The position numbers and the translations under genes were made by a program. This document shows positions 47,488 through 56,285 of a stretch of 64,000 nucleotides of DNA, in pieces. Origin of the DNA: Desulfovibrionaceae bacterium (GTDB lineage Bacteria > Desulfobacterota > Desulfovibrionia > Desulfovibrionales > Desulfovibrionaceae). Position 1 is the stretch's first letter. Every line of letters starts with the position of its first letter. The stretch covers positions 1,189,909 to 1,253,908 of the forward strand of contig OY762289.1 in the NCBI GenBank assembly GCA_963665495.1, read 5' to 3'. A model generated the notes under the pieces. It ran no database searches, was not told where the DNA came from, and saw only the letters and a program-made list of their open reading frames with translations.

Positions 47488-49209
47488 ATGAACGACGCAC
47501 TTGCCGCCATGAATCAGAAGCTGTTGCGCGCGTTCGAGCTGCGCGGGCTTGTGCCTGCGGGCATGCCGCCGCCAAAGGATCAGCTGCTGTCTGACCTGCT
47601 GGTCAAGACCGGACGCGTCAGCCCGTCCGACGTCAACCAGGTGCTGGAAGAGGTCACGGGGTGTCAGTCCGTGGATCCGACCATGGTTTCCTTCACGCCC
47701 GAATATCTGACTCATGCGCAGGCGCTGATCCCCAAGGCCATCGCTGTAGAAGAAGCCGTATTCCCCATCCGGCACGAACAGAATTTCGTCCACCTGGTTA
47801 TGAGCCGCCCGGAAGATACGCGCTGCCTCAAACGTATGGAATTCCTCACCGGATCGCGGATCAAGCCCTACGCCTGCCACACGGGCCGGATTCTTGAAGC
47901 GCTGGAAACACACTACAGCCCGGATGAAAACTGGCCGGACCCTGAGGCACACAACGAGCAGGCTCTGCTGGACCGCGCGACCAAGGCCGTGAATCTGCTC
48001 AAGGCCAACCTCGCTCCATTGGACGATGTGATCATCAACGTCCATGTCATCAAATTGCTGCGCTATGTTCTCAACGAACTGGTGGACCGTGGATCCAGCG
48101 ATCTGCATTTCGAGCCTCTGGAAGACTGCTACCGTATCCGCTACCGCAAGGACGGCGTGATGGTCACGGCCTGGCGTTTTCCCAATCTGATCAAGGAGGC
48201 GCTGACCGCGCGGTTGAAATTGCTGTCCGGTCTGAAGCTGGACATCACCAGGGCGCCCCAGGACGGCAGCATTGCTTACCACATCATTGAAAACCGCGAG
48301 ATAGACGTACGCGTCAGCACCTTGCCGTCATTGTACGGTGAAAAAATAGTCTTGCGCGTTTTGGATAAAAGCGCCGACCGTCTGAAACTTTCCGACCTGG
48401 GGCTGGAGAAGTGCGACGAAGATCTGTTGTTCGCTTCCATTCGCCGACCCAACGGGTTGTTGCTGGTCACCGGTCCGACAGGCAGCGGAAAGTCCACCAC
48501 GCTGTACGCGGCGTTGACCGAAATGAACAGCGACGAGGTGAATATCGTCACCGCCGAAGATCCGGTGGAGTACAAACTCAACGGTTTGACGCAGGTAAAC
48601 TGTTCGGCCGAGGAGGGCACCAGCTTCAATGCCGTGATCCGTTCTTTCTTACGCCAGGATCCGGACATCATCATGGTGGGCGAAATACGCGACGCCGAGA
48701 CAGCCGATTTTGCGGTAAAGGCCGCCATGACCGGCCACCTCGTGCTTTCCACTTTGCATACCAATGATGCGCCCAGCGCCATCAACCGTCTGGTGAATAT
48801 GGGCCTGCCGCCGTTTCTGGTGGCCTCCGCGCAGATTACCGTAGTGGCGCAGCGCCTTGTCCGCAGGATCTGCGGTAACTGTAAAAGCGCGTATACGCCC
48901 TCGGAAGAAGATCTGCTGCGCGTGCCCGAACTGGCGTCGGAAGCCGCCGACGGGTCTTTGACATTTTTTCGGGGAGACGGTTGCGAACATTGCGCCGGCA
49001 CCGGATATTCCGGACGCGTGGGGGTGTATGAAATTATGCTGGTTACCGACCGGCTGGAAGAAATGATTTTGAATCAGGAATCCTCAGGCGCGCTCAAAAA
49101 CGCCGCGGTGGAGGGAGGAATGCGCCCGCTGCGGCAGGCCGCTTACGATAAACTGCGCCAGGGCGTAACCACCCTGGATGAGGTGTTGCGCGTCACTTTG
49201 GACGCCTGA
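47488..49209 (+). CDS. GspE/PilB-type secretion ATPase with a T2SS-E N-terminal (MshEN-like) domain
   Basis: N-terminal ~190 aa GspE_N-like. Walker A LVTGPTGSGKSTTL, Asp box, Walker B DPDIIMVGEIRD, His box TGHLVLSTLHTNDA. Tetracysteine CGNC…CEHC. RBS GGGGAG 5 nt before ATG 47488. Confidence 0.85.
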   Translation: MNDALAAMNQKLLRAFELRGLVPAGMPPPKDQLLSDLLVKTGRVSPSDVNQVLEEVTGCQSVDPTMVSFTPEYLTHAQALIPKAIAVEEAVFPIRHEQNFVHLVMSRPEDTRCLKRMEFLTGSRIKPYACHTGRILEALETHYSPDENWPDPEAHNEQALLDRATKAVNLLKANLAPLDDVIINVHVIKLLRYVLNELVDRGSSDLHFEPLEDCYRIRYRKDGVMVTAWRFPNLIKEALTARLKLLSGLKLDITRAPQDGSIAYHIIENREIDVRVSTLPSLYGEKIVLRVLDKSADRLKLSDLGLEKCDEDLLFASIRRPNGLLLVTGPTGSGKSTTLYAALTEMNSDEVNIVTAEDPVEYKLNGLTQVNCSAEEGTSFNAVIRSFLRQDPDIIMVGEIRDAETADFAVKAAMTGHLVLSTLHTNDAPSAINRLVNMGLPPFLVASAQITVVAQRLVRRICGNCKSAYTPSEEDLLRVPELASEAADGSLTFFRGDGCEHCAGTGYSGRVGVYEIMLVTDRLEEMILNQESSGALKNAAVEGGMRPLRQAAYDKLRQGVTTLDEVLRVTLDA

Positions 49210-49252
49210 GTAGGGATCTCGCAAAACTGTGTTGCTCTACAAGGAGCGGGGT

Positions 49253-50131
49253 ATGGACCTAGCATTGAAAGCAGGCGGATTGTTGTTGCTGTTTCTCAGC
49301 ATATTCGCGTTTTTGTACGCGCTGTTGCCTGGAGAAAAAGAACAGAAGGCCCGCAAGCAATTTGAAGAAGAGGCTGCGCCTGGCGAATCCACGGGCTTCA
49401 TCAATTTGTTTCGCCCGTTCTTCACTTTTTTTAAACCATTGGCCGTGCGGCTGGCCTGGCCAGGCTATCAACGGCGGATTCAGAAAATGCTGGTCAATGC
49501 GGGGCTGGACCGCGAGCTGAATGTCAGTGATTTTGTCGCCTTTCAATTCCTGTTGCTGGTGCTTTTCGTGCTGATGGGCCTGGTGTTGTGGTATAGCCTT
49601 GGGGCCGCGATTTTCGTGGGGATGCTCGGGCTTGGCTATCCGTATTTCTGGTTGTGGGACAAGAAACGCAATCGTCAGCGGGACATTGCTTTGTCCATGC
49701 CCGACGTGGTGGATATGCTTTCGCTCTCGGTGGAAGCCGGCCTGGATCTGCTGGCGGGCATCAAGCGGATTTGCGATGTGAATGCCACTGCCAGGGATCC
49801 GTTTATTCAGGAACTCGGCTACATGTACCACAACATCAAACTGGGCATGAGCACGGAAGAGGCTTTGAACTCCATGGCCGAGCGGGTGGATGTTCAGGAT
49901 GTCTATTCGTTCACGTCCATTTTGATTCAGGCCCAGAAAATGGGCTCCAGCATCTCGCAGGTACTGAAATCCCAGGCCGTACGAATGCGGCAGCAGCGCT
50001 TCATGAAAGCGGAGCGTGTCGGCGCCGTGGCTTCGCAAAAGCTGCTGATTCCAATGATGCTCTGTATTTTTCCCGTGTTGTTTATTGTGATTTTTGCCCC
50101 GTATTTACTCAAATATATCTATGGCCAATAG
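49253..50131 (+). CDS. tadC: TadC-like platform protein (T2SSF domain)
   Basis: …LSMPDVVDMLSLSVEAGLDLLAGIKRI… …SFTSILIQAQKMGSSISQVLKSQA… T2SSF signatures. RBS AAGGAG 6 nt before ATG 49253. Confidence 0.8.
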   Translation: MDLALKAGGLLLLFLSIFAFLYALLPGEKEQKARKQFEEEAAPGESTGFINLFRPFFTFFKPLAVRLAWPGYQRRIQKMLVNAGLDRELNVSDFVAFQFLLLVLFVLMGLVLWYSLGAAIFVGMLGLGYPYFWLWDKKRNRQRDIALSMPDVVDMLSLSVEAGLDLLAGIKRICDVNATARDPFIQELGYMYHNIKLGMSTEEALNSMAERVDVQDVYSFTSILIQAQKMGSSISQVLKSQAVRMRQQRFMKAERVGAVASQKLLIPMMLCIFPVLFIVIFAPYLLKYIYGQ

Positions 50132-50140
50132 GTGCGGCGC

Positions 50141-51784
50141 ATGAAATGCAGCCTCGAGATACGCAAAGGTGCGGAAACCGTGCTTTCCCGTGAGCTTGTT
50201 CCCGGAGAGTACGCCGTTGGTAGAAAAGACGGAAATGACATTGTGCTTGCCGACAAAAGTATTTCCGGAAAACACGCGGTAATTACTGTCAGCAAGAAAA
50301 AAGTCGTTATTACCGATCCCGGAAGCCGTAACGGCGTTTTGCTTCAGGGGAAACGGATCAAAAAACAGTCCTTTGCCAAGGATTTTTCCGTGCAGCTCGG
50401 ACCTTTTTTGCTGCACTTTGCTCTGGGAGCTGCGGATGCCGGACAACAAACCAGTAAAACCAAAGAGGCCAAAAAGGCCGTACAGGCCTCGAAAAGCCTG
50501 TTCGCCTCGCTTAATCCACGGGTTCTGGTCTGCTGCGTTGTGTTTTGTTTCGCGCTGTTCATGGCAGTGGTTTATTACGCGCCCCTCAAGGCTGCTTTGG
50601 AATCCGGGCGCGAACGCGAGGCTTTGGCGCGCGGCTTTCTCCTGGCCCGCTATCTGGGCGCCGTGAATCAGCTTCCGTTGGAAGAAAAACGCATGGATGT
50701 TCTGCGTACGGATCCGAGCAACACGGAAGAGGGCGTACGCTATGCCTACGTCGTTGACCCCTACGGAAAGGTCCTGGCCCCTGCCCAGGAAATGGGCAAG
50801 TTTCTGAAGCTGCGCAAGATCGACAAGGCTCTGGCGGATCCGAAGTTGCGCGCCTGGGACGGCGATGACGGCGAGCAGATCATTTTTTACCCCATCAAGG
50901 AATTCGACAAGCTGCTGGGTGCGGCCATCATCGGCTATGACCTGGAACGCGCCGTTGCCGTGCAGGGGAGCGGATACGGAGGCACAGCGGCGATGCTGTT
51001 TCTTGTTTCTCTGTTCGTCGCCGGACTGTGCTGTTTCGTGCTGCTACGCGGACTTCTTTCCCCCTTGCGGGCGCTGGCGGAAGATGCGGGCGTCAGCCTG
51101 AAGCAGCGGCAGGACCATGTGGGGTTCAAGGCAGCGTACGCCGAATTGCAGGCTCTGGTGGAAGCCATAAACAGAATGCTTTTGCTGATTGCCAAAACAG
51201 CGGACGCTGTGCCGCCAGTCAGACACGAGGAGACAGCTCCCCCCGCTACTCCTTCGGAAGAACAACCCCCTCCGGATGAAGCTGAATCTCCGCTTGATAT
51301 GGATGCCACAATTATCTCCGACAAAGCACCTGAAAGCTCTGCGCCGCGCGAGTCTGCGGCACCAGAGTTTGTACAAAGTCTGTCGGAGGCTGCGGATATT
51401 GCAGATGCCGGCCCGGCCGGCGATTCCATTGATTTGAGCAGGGAACCGGCCCCTGAAACAGGTGGGGCCGCGAACGTGGGTACGGACATCGGTTCCGTGG
51501 AACTGCCCGCCTGCCACATTGATCTGCAGCTGTATACCATCGTGTCGTTCAATACGGCATTTTGCAGCTTTTTTCCTGTCGGCGAGAAAAAGGAAGGCAT
51601 GCATATGCTCGAGGCGTTTCCTGATCCCGAATTGATCAGCGCTATTTCCACGTTGATTGATGATGCGCAGCTCGAGGCGGAGTCCGTGGTCAGGGGCGAA
51701 CGCGTAATGTGCGTACGCAAGGAAGTCTTGCCGGGGGGCGCATGGACCGCCTTGTTTACTTTTAAGGAGACTGCAGATGGCTGA
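50141..51784 (+). CDS. FHA domain membrane protein: FHA - TM - Cache-like periplasmic domain - TM - HAMP-like region - acidic/Pro-rich linker - C-terminal domain
   Basis: N-terminal FHA (…GRKDGNDIVLADKSISGKHAVI… …GSRNGVLLQG…). TM about aa 130-150. Periplasmic segment with Cache-like …YAYVVDPYGKVLA… …GAAIIGYD… TM about aa 285-310. Begins 1-10 nt after the tadC stop. Confidence 0.75.
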   Translation: MKCSLEIRKGAETVLSRELVPGEYAVGRKDGNDIVLADKSISGKHAVITVSKKKVVITDPGSRNGVLLQGKRIKKQSFAKDFSVQLGPFLLHFALGAADAGQQTSKTKEAKKAVQASKSLFASLNPRVLVCCVVFCFALFMAVVYYAPLKAALESGREREALARGFLLARYLGAVNQLPLEEKRMDVLRTDPSNTEEGVRYAYVVDPYGKVLAPAQEMGKFLKLRKIDKALADPKLRAWDGDDGEQIIFYPIKEFDKLLGAAIIGYDLERAVAVQGSGYGGTAAMLFLVSLFVAGLCCFVLLRGLLSPLRALAEDAGVSLKQRQDHVGFKAAYAELQALVEAINRMLLLIAKTADAVPPVRHEETAPPATPSEEQPPPDEAESPLDMDATIISDKAPESSAPRESAAPEFVQSLSEAADIADAGPAGDSIDLSREPAPETGGAANVGTDIGSVELPACHIDLQLYTIVSFNTAFCSFFPVGEKKEGMHMLEAFPDPELISAISTLIDDAQLEAESVVRGERVMCVRKEVLPGGAWTALFTFKETADG

Positions 51785-52796
51785 TGCCTTTTCCGAAACC
51801 GTCGTCGAGGAAACACCGGGAACGATGACTCTGAAGGTGATTCAAGGCAAAGGCGAAGGGAAAAAATACGCGTTGGCAGAGGGTCGGGGCATGGTCATCG
51901 GCCGGATGCAGGATAGCGATATTCACATTGACCCCGCTGACAAGCTGGCGTCTCGCCACCACGCCCGGATAACGCGTCAGGGAGATGCGGCCCTGCTGGA
52001 AGACCTGGGGAGTGGCAACGGCACTTTTGTGGGGGATGAAAAAATTTCGCAACAGTCATTGCAGCCGGGGGCAGTATTCCGAATCGGCGGCACGACCTTT
52101 GTGCTCGAACTCCAGAGTCCGCAGGAAGCGACCAATGTCACCATGTATCTGGACTCCGAAAAACCAGTCAAAAAAGGCGGCAGCAAAGTCAGGGTGATTT
52201 TGCTGGGGGCGCTGCTGGTCTGCATGCTGGGCGTGCTTTTCATCCTGTTTTCCGGAGACAAGGATCCGGAAAAGGCCGAACAGCAGGTGGAACCGCCGTT
52301 GAAGCAGACGGAGCAGGCCGTACCGGCTGCGGTTCCGACTCCGGCAGCCCAGCCCGCCGGACCAGAACCCGCCGGACCAGAGCCTGCGGCTGCAAAGCAA
52401 GTTGAAACAGAGGCTCCCCAAGAAGCGTCGCCGGACAAGGCTGGCTCTGACGTTTCTGAAATCAGCGGCACGCAAAAAAAAGAGTCGCAGGATCATTTTC
52501 GCCAGGGGAGATTTTTTTATAACACGGGCAATCTGGAAAAGGCCGTGGACGAATGGGATCAGGCCTACAAATTGGATCCGGACAATCAGGCGGCCAAAAA
52601 ATGGCTGCTGCGAGCGGAACAGGAACTGGACGAGCAGATAGACACCCATTACCGGCTCGGATTGAAAGCGAAAAAGTATATGCGCTATACCGACGCGTGC
52701 AATGAATTCAAACTGGTCGTGAAGTGGAGTCGTGACAAAGAGGACGAGCGTTATCTGGACGCGTTGAAGCAACTAGAAGAGTTGAAGGATAAATGA
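51777..52796 (+). CDS. FHA domain membrane protein with a Pro/Ala-rich linker and TPR-like C-terminus
   Basis: FHA (…GRMQDSDIHIDPADKLASRHHARI… …GSGNGTFV…). TM (…VILLGALLVCMLGVLFILF…). RBS AAGGAGA 6 nt before ATG. The start overlaps the upstream stop (ATGGCTGA). Confidence 0.8.
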   Translation: MADAFSETVVEETPGTMTLKVIQGKGEGKKYALAEGRGMVIGRMQDSDIHIDPADKLASRHHARITRQGDAALLEDLGSGNGTFVGDEKISQQSLQPGAVFRIGGTTFVLELQSPQEATNVTMYLDSEKPVKKGGSKVRVILLGALLVCMLGVLFILFSGDKDPEKAEQQVEPPLKQTEQAVPAAVPTPAAQPAGPEPAGPEPAAAKQVETEAPQEASPDKAGSDVSEISGTQKKESQDHFRQGRFFYNTGNLEKAVDEWDQAYKLDPDNQAAKKWLLRAEQELDEQIDTHYRLGLKAKKYMRYTDACNEFKLVVKWSRDKEDERYLDALKQLEELKDK

Positions 52797-52798
52797 TC

Positions 52799-54265
52799 AT
52801 GCCTGAAGAAGAACGAACGCAGCTGCAGCAGACCGGCGAATGGGCCGATTCCACAATGGATTACACCCAGCACGGCTTTCAGGTCGAACAGCAGAATACA
52901 CTGGTTGTCATTGAAGGACCGTCCAGTGGATTGAGCAGATCATTCGGCGACGGCATTCTGGTCGGCCGGCAACCCAATTGCGATTTGCAACTTGATGACA
53001 GCAGCGTATCCCGCGAGCATCTGCGTATTGAGCGTAAGGGTAAAAAGTTGATTGCCAACAACCTGAACAGTAAGAATTTTACGTTGGTAAACGGCAAAAA
53101 AGTTACTACCGCCACACTGCGCGACGGTGATGTCCTGAGCCTGGGCAATTCCAAGCTGCGTCTGAGTCTGAAGGGAGCAGGCGGTGGGAGTGCCGGTTCT
53201 CCTCAAAAGAGCAGCCGCGTACGTATTCTGTTGTTGCTTCTGTTGCTGCTGCTCATGCTGATAGTGCTGTTCGTCGCCCTGGGGTCCAAGGACGATGGAT
53301 CCCGGAAAACTGAGACGTCCGTGCTGGAACAGGAACGCGAAAAAGAGGCCGCAGTCGAGGATGCCAGCGTCAAGCGGGCCATAGCCGTTCATTTGAATAA
53401 CGGAAAGCGCTTCATGGAAGAAGGAAACTACCCGCAGGCGCTGGAGCGATTTGAAGCCGTGCTGCAGCTTGTCGCAAAGCATCCGCAAGCAGAAAAACTG
53501 GCCGCAGAGTGCAGGGAGCGCATTCAGAAAAAACAGCAGGCCGAGGCGAAGAGAGAGCAGGAAGTACTGGAAAGAAAACAAAAAGTGGCGCCAATGCTCA
53601 CGGAGGCCAACGTACTGTACAGTACGAAGGATTACGCAGGTGCGATTTCCGTCTTGAAACAGGCTCTGGAAATATCACCCCACGACCAGGATCTGCAGGA
53701 GTTGCAGGTCAAGGTGCAGGAGGCCTATCAGCTCGAGCAGGATACCCTGAACAAGCAGCAAAAGCGGACTGAGCGAGTTTTGAAGCGTATCCAGAGCAGC
53801 AAGGCCAAGGCCGAGGAATATGAGGCCAAAGGGCAGCATTACCGCGCTCTCAAGGAGTACGAGTTTATTCTGAGCATGAACGCCAAAGGGCCGGAGATTG
53901 AGGCCATAAAAGGCAAGGCTAGCGAACAGCGAAAAATCCTTGAAGAACAGACCCGAAGTGATTTGGAGGCCGGACAACAACTGGCCGAACAGGAAAAATA
54001 TGAAGAAGCCATGCTGGAATGGCGCAAGGTGCTGGAGGTTTATCCGGATCATCCGGGCGCGTTGAGCGCGATGCAGCAACTTCTGCCCACGCTGGAAAAA
54101 AAGGCCAAGGAATTGTATCAGCAGGGGCTGGTTTACGAAGATCTGGGCCAGACCGCCAAGGCGGTGGAAAGTTATGAGCAGGCCATGGAAGTTTTAGAAA
54201 TCAATCCCAAACACGAGTATTATCTCAAATCAAAGAAAAAGTTGAAAGAGCACGGGGCATTGTAG
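52799..54265 (+). CDS. FHA domain membrane protein with a coiled-coil/TPR-rich C-terminal region
   Basis: FHA (…GRQPNCDLQLDDSSVSREHLRI… …NSKNFTLVNG…). Leu-rich TM (…RILLLLLLLLMLIVLFVAL…). Long helical repeat region. The start overlaps the upstream stop. Confidence 0.8.
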   Translation: MPEEERTQLQQTGEWADSTMDYTQHGFQVEQQNTLVVIEGPSSGLSRSFGDGILVGRQPNCDLQLDDSSVSREHLRIERKGKKLIANNLNSKNFTLVNGKKVTTATLRDGDVLSLGNSKLRLSLKGAGGGSAGSPQKSSRVRILLLLLLLLLMLIVLFVALGSKDDGSRKTETSVLEQEREKEAAVEDASVKRAIAVHLNNGKRFMEEGNYPQALERFEAVLQLVAKHPQAEKLAAECRERIQKKQQAEAKREQEVLERKQKVAPMLTEANVLYSTKDYAGAISVLKQALEISPHDQDLQELQVKVQEAYQLEQDTLNKQQKRTERVLKRIQSSKAKAEEYEAKGQHYRALKEYEFILSMNAKGPEIEAIKGKASEQRKILEEQTRSDLEAGQQLAEQEKYEEAMLEWRKVLEVYPDHPGALSAMQQLLPTLEKKAKELYQQGLVYEDLGQTAKAVESYEQAMEVLEINPKHEYYLKSKKKLKEHGAL

Positions 54266-54378
54266 TCCTGAAGGCTTTTGAAGCCGGAAAGCAAATTTTT
54301 CGGAAGATGCAATACTGGAGCCTCTGCGCCGCGAGCGTACGGGCTCTTTGCTTTTTCCGGGGAGGCGGCGGAAAGAGC

Positions 54379-56061
54379 TTAGCGCCGCCAGTTGTCCATC
54401 GTACGCCTGCTGTTCAGAAAGGTTATGACCGTGGAACAGCCGTCGCAGAGATTGTTCACTTTGAGCAGAGGAAAACTGTATTCTTTGCTCTGTGCATTCC
54501 AGGACAGGGCGATTTGTTCTTTTGCTGTGACAGGCGTGATGTTTCGTGCGCTTTTCCGCAAGATTTTTCGTAAAATATAGCGGTTGATTATTTCGAATTT
54601 TTTATTTCCATAATTAACTGTAGTATGCAGTAGGCTGTATTTTCTTTCCAGTTCCGTATTGCGCGTGTTGCTGGCCATGAAGTAGATGGAAACTGTTTCT
54701 TTAGGACCGAGAACATAGGGTGTCGTACGGGATGGCAGCACGTATGTCCGGCCTTTAGTAACCGGATTATTCAAATTTTCAGCTTTTGTTAAAAAACCGG
54801 ATGATGGGAAAAGCTGGTTCACATAAAGTTCATTGACAATGGTAAAAATATACACATAACAGTCCTGGTCCGGAGTAAAACATATTTTATAGGTGTCCCT
54901 TGGATTCAATTCCTCATTGTTGCGTAATTTTCTGATGCTTTCGGAGCCATCCGGCTGAAAAAAGTAGTTGAGCTGAAATGAAAGGTTGGCAGGTGTAGCA
55001 TTTTGGGGCTGTCCGGTGGCTGCCGGTTTATCCTGCTGGGAGACGGGGGGCTGGCCGGGGGAGGGACCATAACGCAGCAGAGCCAGGCCGCCGAAGACTG
55101 CCAGTAGAACAAGCGCTGCCGTGAGCGCGGATTTACGAATCATCGAACTGCGACGGGCGTTTTGGGATCTGACGGAGCTGCCCAGCTGCAATTCGCGCAG
55201 GGCGGTGATGATCTCCTGGCAGTTCTGAAAACGGTGCTCAGGAGTTTTATTCATGCAGTTTTCAATGATCTCGTCGAGTTGCACCGGCAGAAGGGGATTG
55301 ATTTTTGAGGGGGGCGCCGGGGCCGAATGCGTAATTTTATAGGCGACGGATGAAAACGTTTCTCCTGAAAAGGCTTTTTCTCCAGTCAGGAAGAGGTAAA
55401 ACACCGCCCCGAGGGAGAAAATATCTGATTGGAGCGTTCCCCGGATACCACCGACCTGTTCGGGAGACATATAGCTCGGCGTACCGATGATCTGTTCCGT
55501 ACGCGTCAATTCGGAATCCTGCGTATGTACGGTGCCGAAATCCATGATCTTGATCACGCCCTGGTGCGTCACCATGATGTTGGTCGGCTTGATGTCTCTG
55601 TGAACGAGTCCGGATTCGTGAATCACATCCAGTCCTTCGCACATCTGAATCATGTATTGCAGTTTTGTCTGCAGCGGAAGTTCCACCGGGGATTTGCACA
55701 GTTCCATGAGCGTCTGGCCTTCCACATACTCCATGGCAATGTACAAGGTGTTTTCATGGCGCCCGATGGCGTATACTTTGATGATGTTGTTGTGGTTTAT
55801 TTTCGCAAGTGATTTGGCTTCTCTGAGAAAACGCTGCACCAGTTGCCTGCGGTTTTCATGGGACATGGATGGCGGCGGCGCATGCAGGGTTTTGATTGCT
55901 GCCAGACGGTCCAGCATGGGGTCCTTGCCCAGATACACAGTCCCCATGCCGCCTTTTCCCAACATGCGGATGATGGTGAATTTACCAATTCTGGGCGGCA
56001 GATCTTGCGTATCGCAGTCGTCTACAAGGACTAGGGTCAGATCATCCTGGCTATCCGGCAC
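54379..56061 (-). CDS. Transmembrane Ser/Thr protein kinase (Hanks-type) with a ~230-aa extracytoplasmic C-terminal domain
   Basis: GxGxxG (LGKGGMGTV), VAIK (LAAIKTL), catalytic loop HRDIKPTNIMV, DFG, SPE. TM at about aa 305-325. RBS GAAGGAGG 6 nt before a GTG start. Confidence 0.85.
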   Translation of the reverse strand: MPDSQDDLTLVLVDDCDTQDLPPRIGKFTIIRMLGKGGMGTVYLGKDPMLDRLAAIKTLHAPPPSMSHENRRQLVQRFLREAKSLAKINHNNIIKVYAIGRHENTLYIAMEYVEGQTLMELCKSPVELPLQTKLQYMIQMCEGLDVIHESGLVHRDIKPTNIMVTHQGVIKIMDFGTVHTQDSELTRTEQIIGTPSYMSPEQVGGIRGTLQSDIFSLGAVFYLFLTGEKAFSGETFSSVAYKITHSAPAPPSKINPLLPVQLDEIIENCMNKTPEHRFQNCQEIITALRELQLGSSVRSQNARRSSMIRKSALTAALVLLAVFGGLALLRYGPSPGQPPVSQQDKPAATGQPQNATPANLSFQLNYFFQPDGSESIRKLRNNEELNPRDTYKICFTPDQDCYVYIFTIVNELYVNQLFPSSGFLTKAENLNNPVTKGRTYVLPSRTTPYVLGPKETVSIYFMASNTRNTELERKYSLLHTTVNYGNKKFEIINRYILRKILRKSARNITPVTAKEQIALSWNAQSKEYSFPLLKVNNLCDGCSTVITFLNSRRTMDNWRR

Positions 56062-56285
56062 AATTGCCTCCTTCGGCTGATTGAAAATAACAGCTTAAAG
56101 GAACATGGAAAAAAGACGGGGCATACCGCTTTTCCCCTGTGACCATCCCGTATCTTCATAAGAGATAATAGGGCCGTACGCAAACAATTTGCATCGTGCT
56201 GGATCATGAACCATTTGGTTGAGCAGCGGACAACTGTCTGCGGCATCTGTCAGGACAGGTTGTTGCGGGGGGCCGGCCTTTTCCG

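Noticed and set aside
54266-54378. Expected an intrinsic terminator between the convergent FHA and STK operons
   Set aside because: Only weak, long-looped inverted repeats are found; no convincing stem plus T-run. The 88-aa ORF 54307-54573 overlaps the kinase 3' end and is considered spurious.
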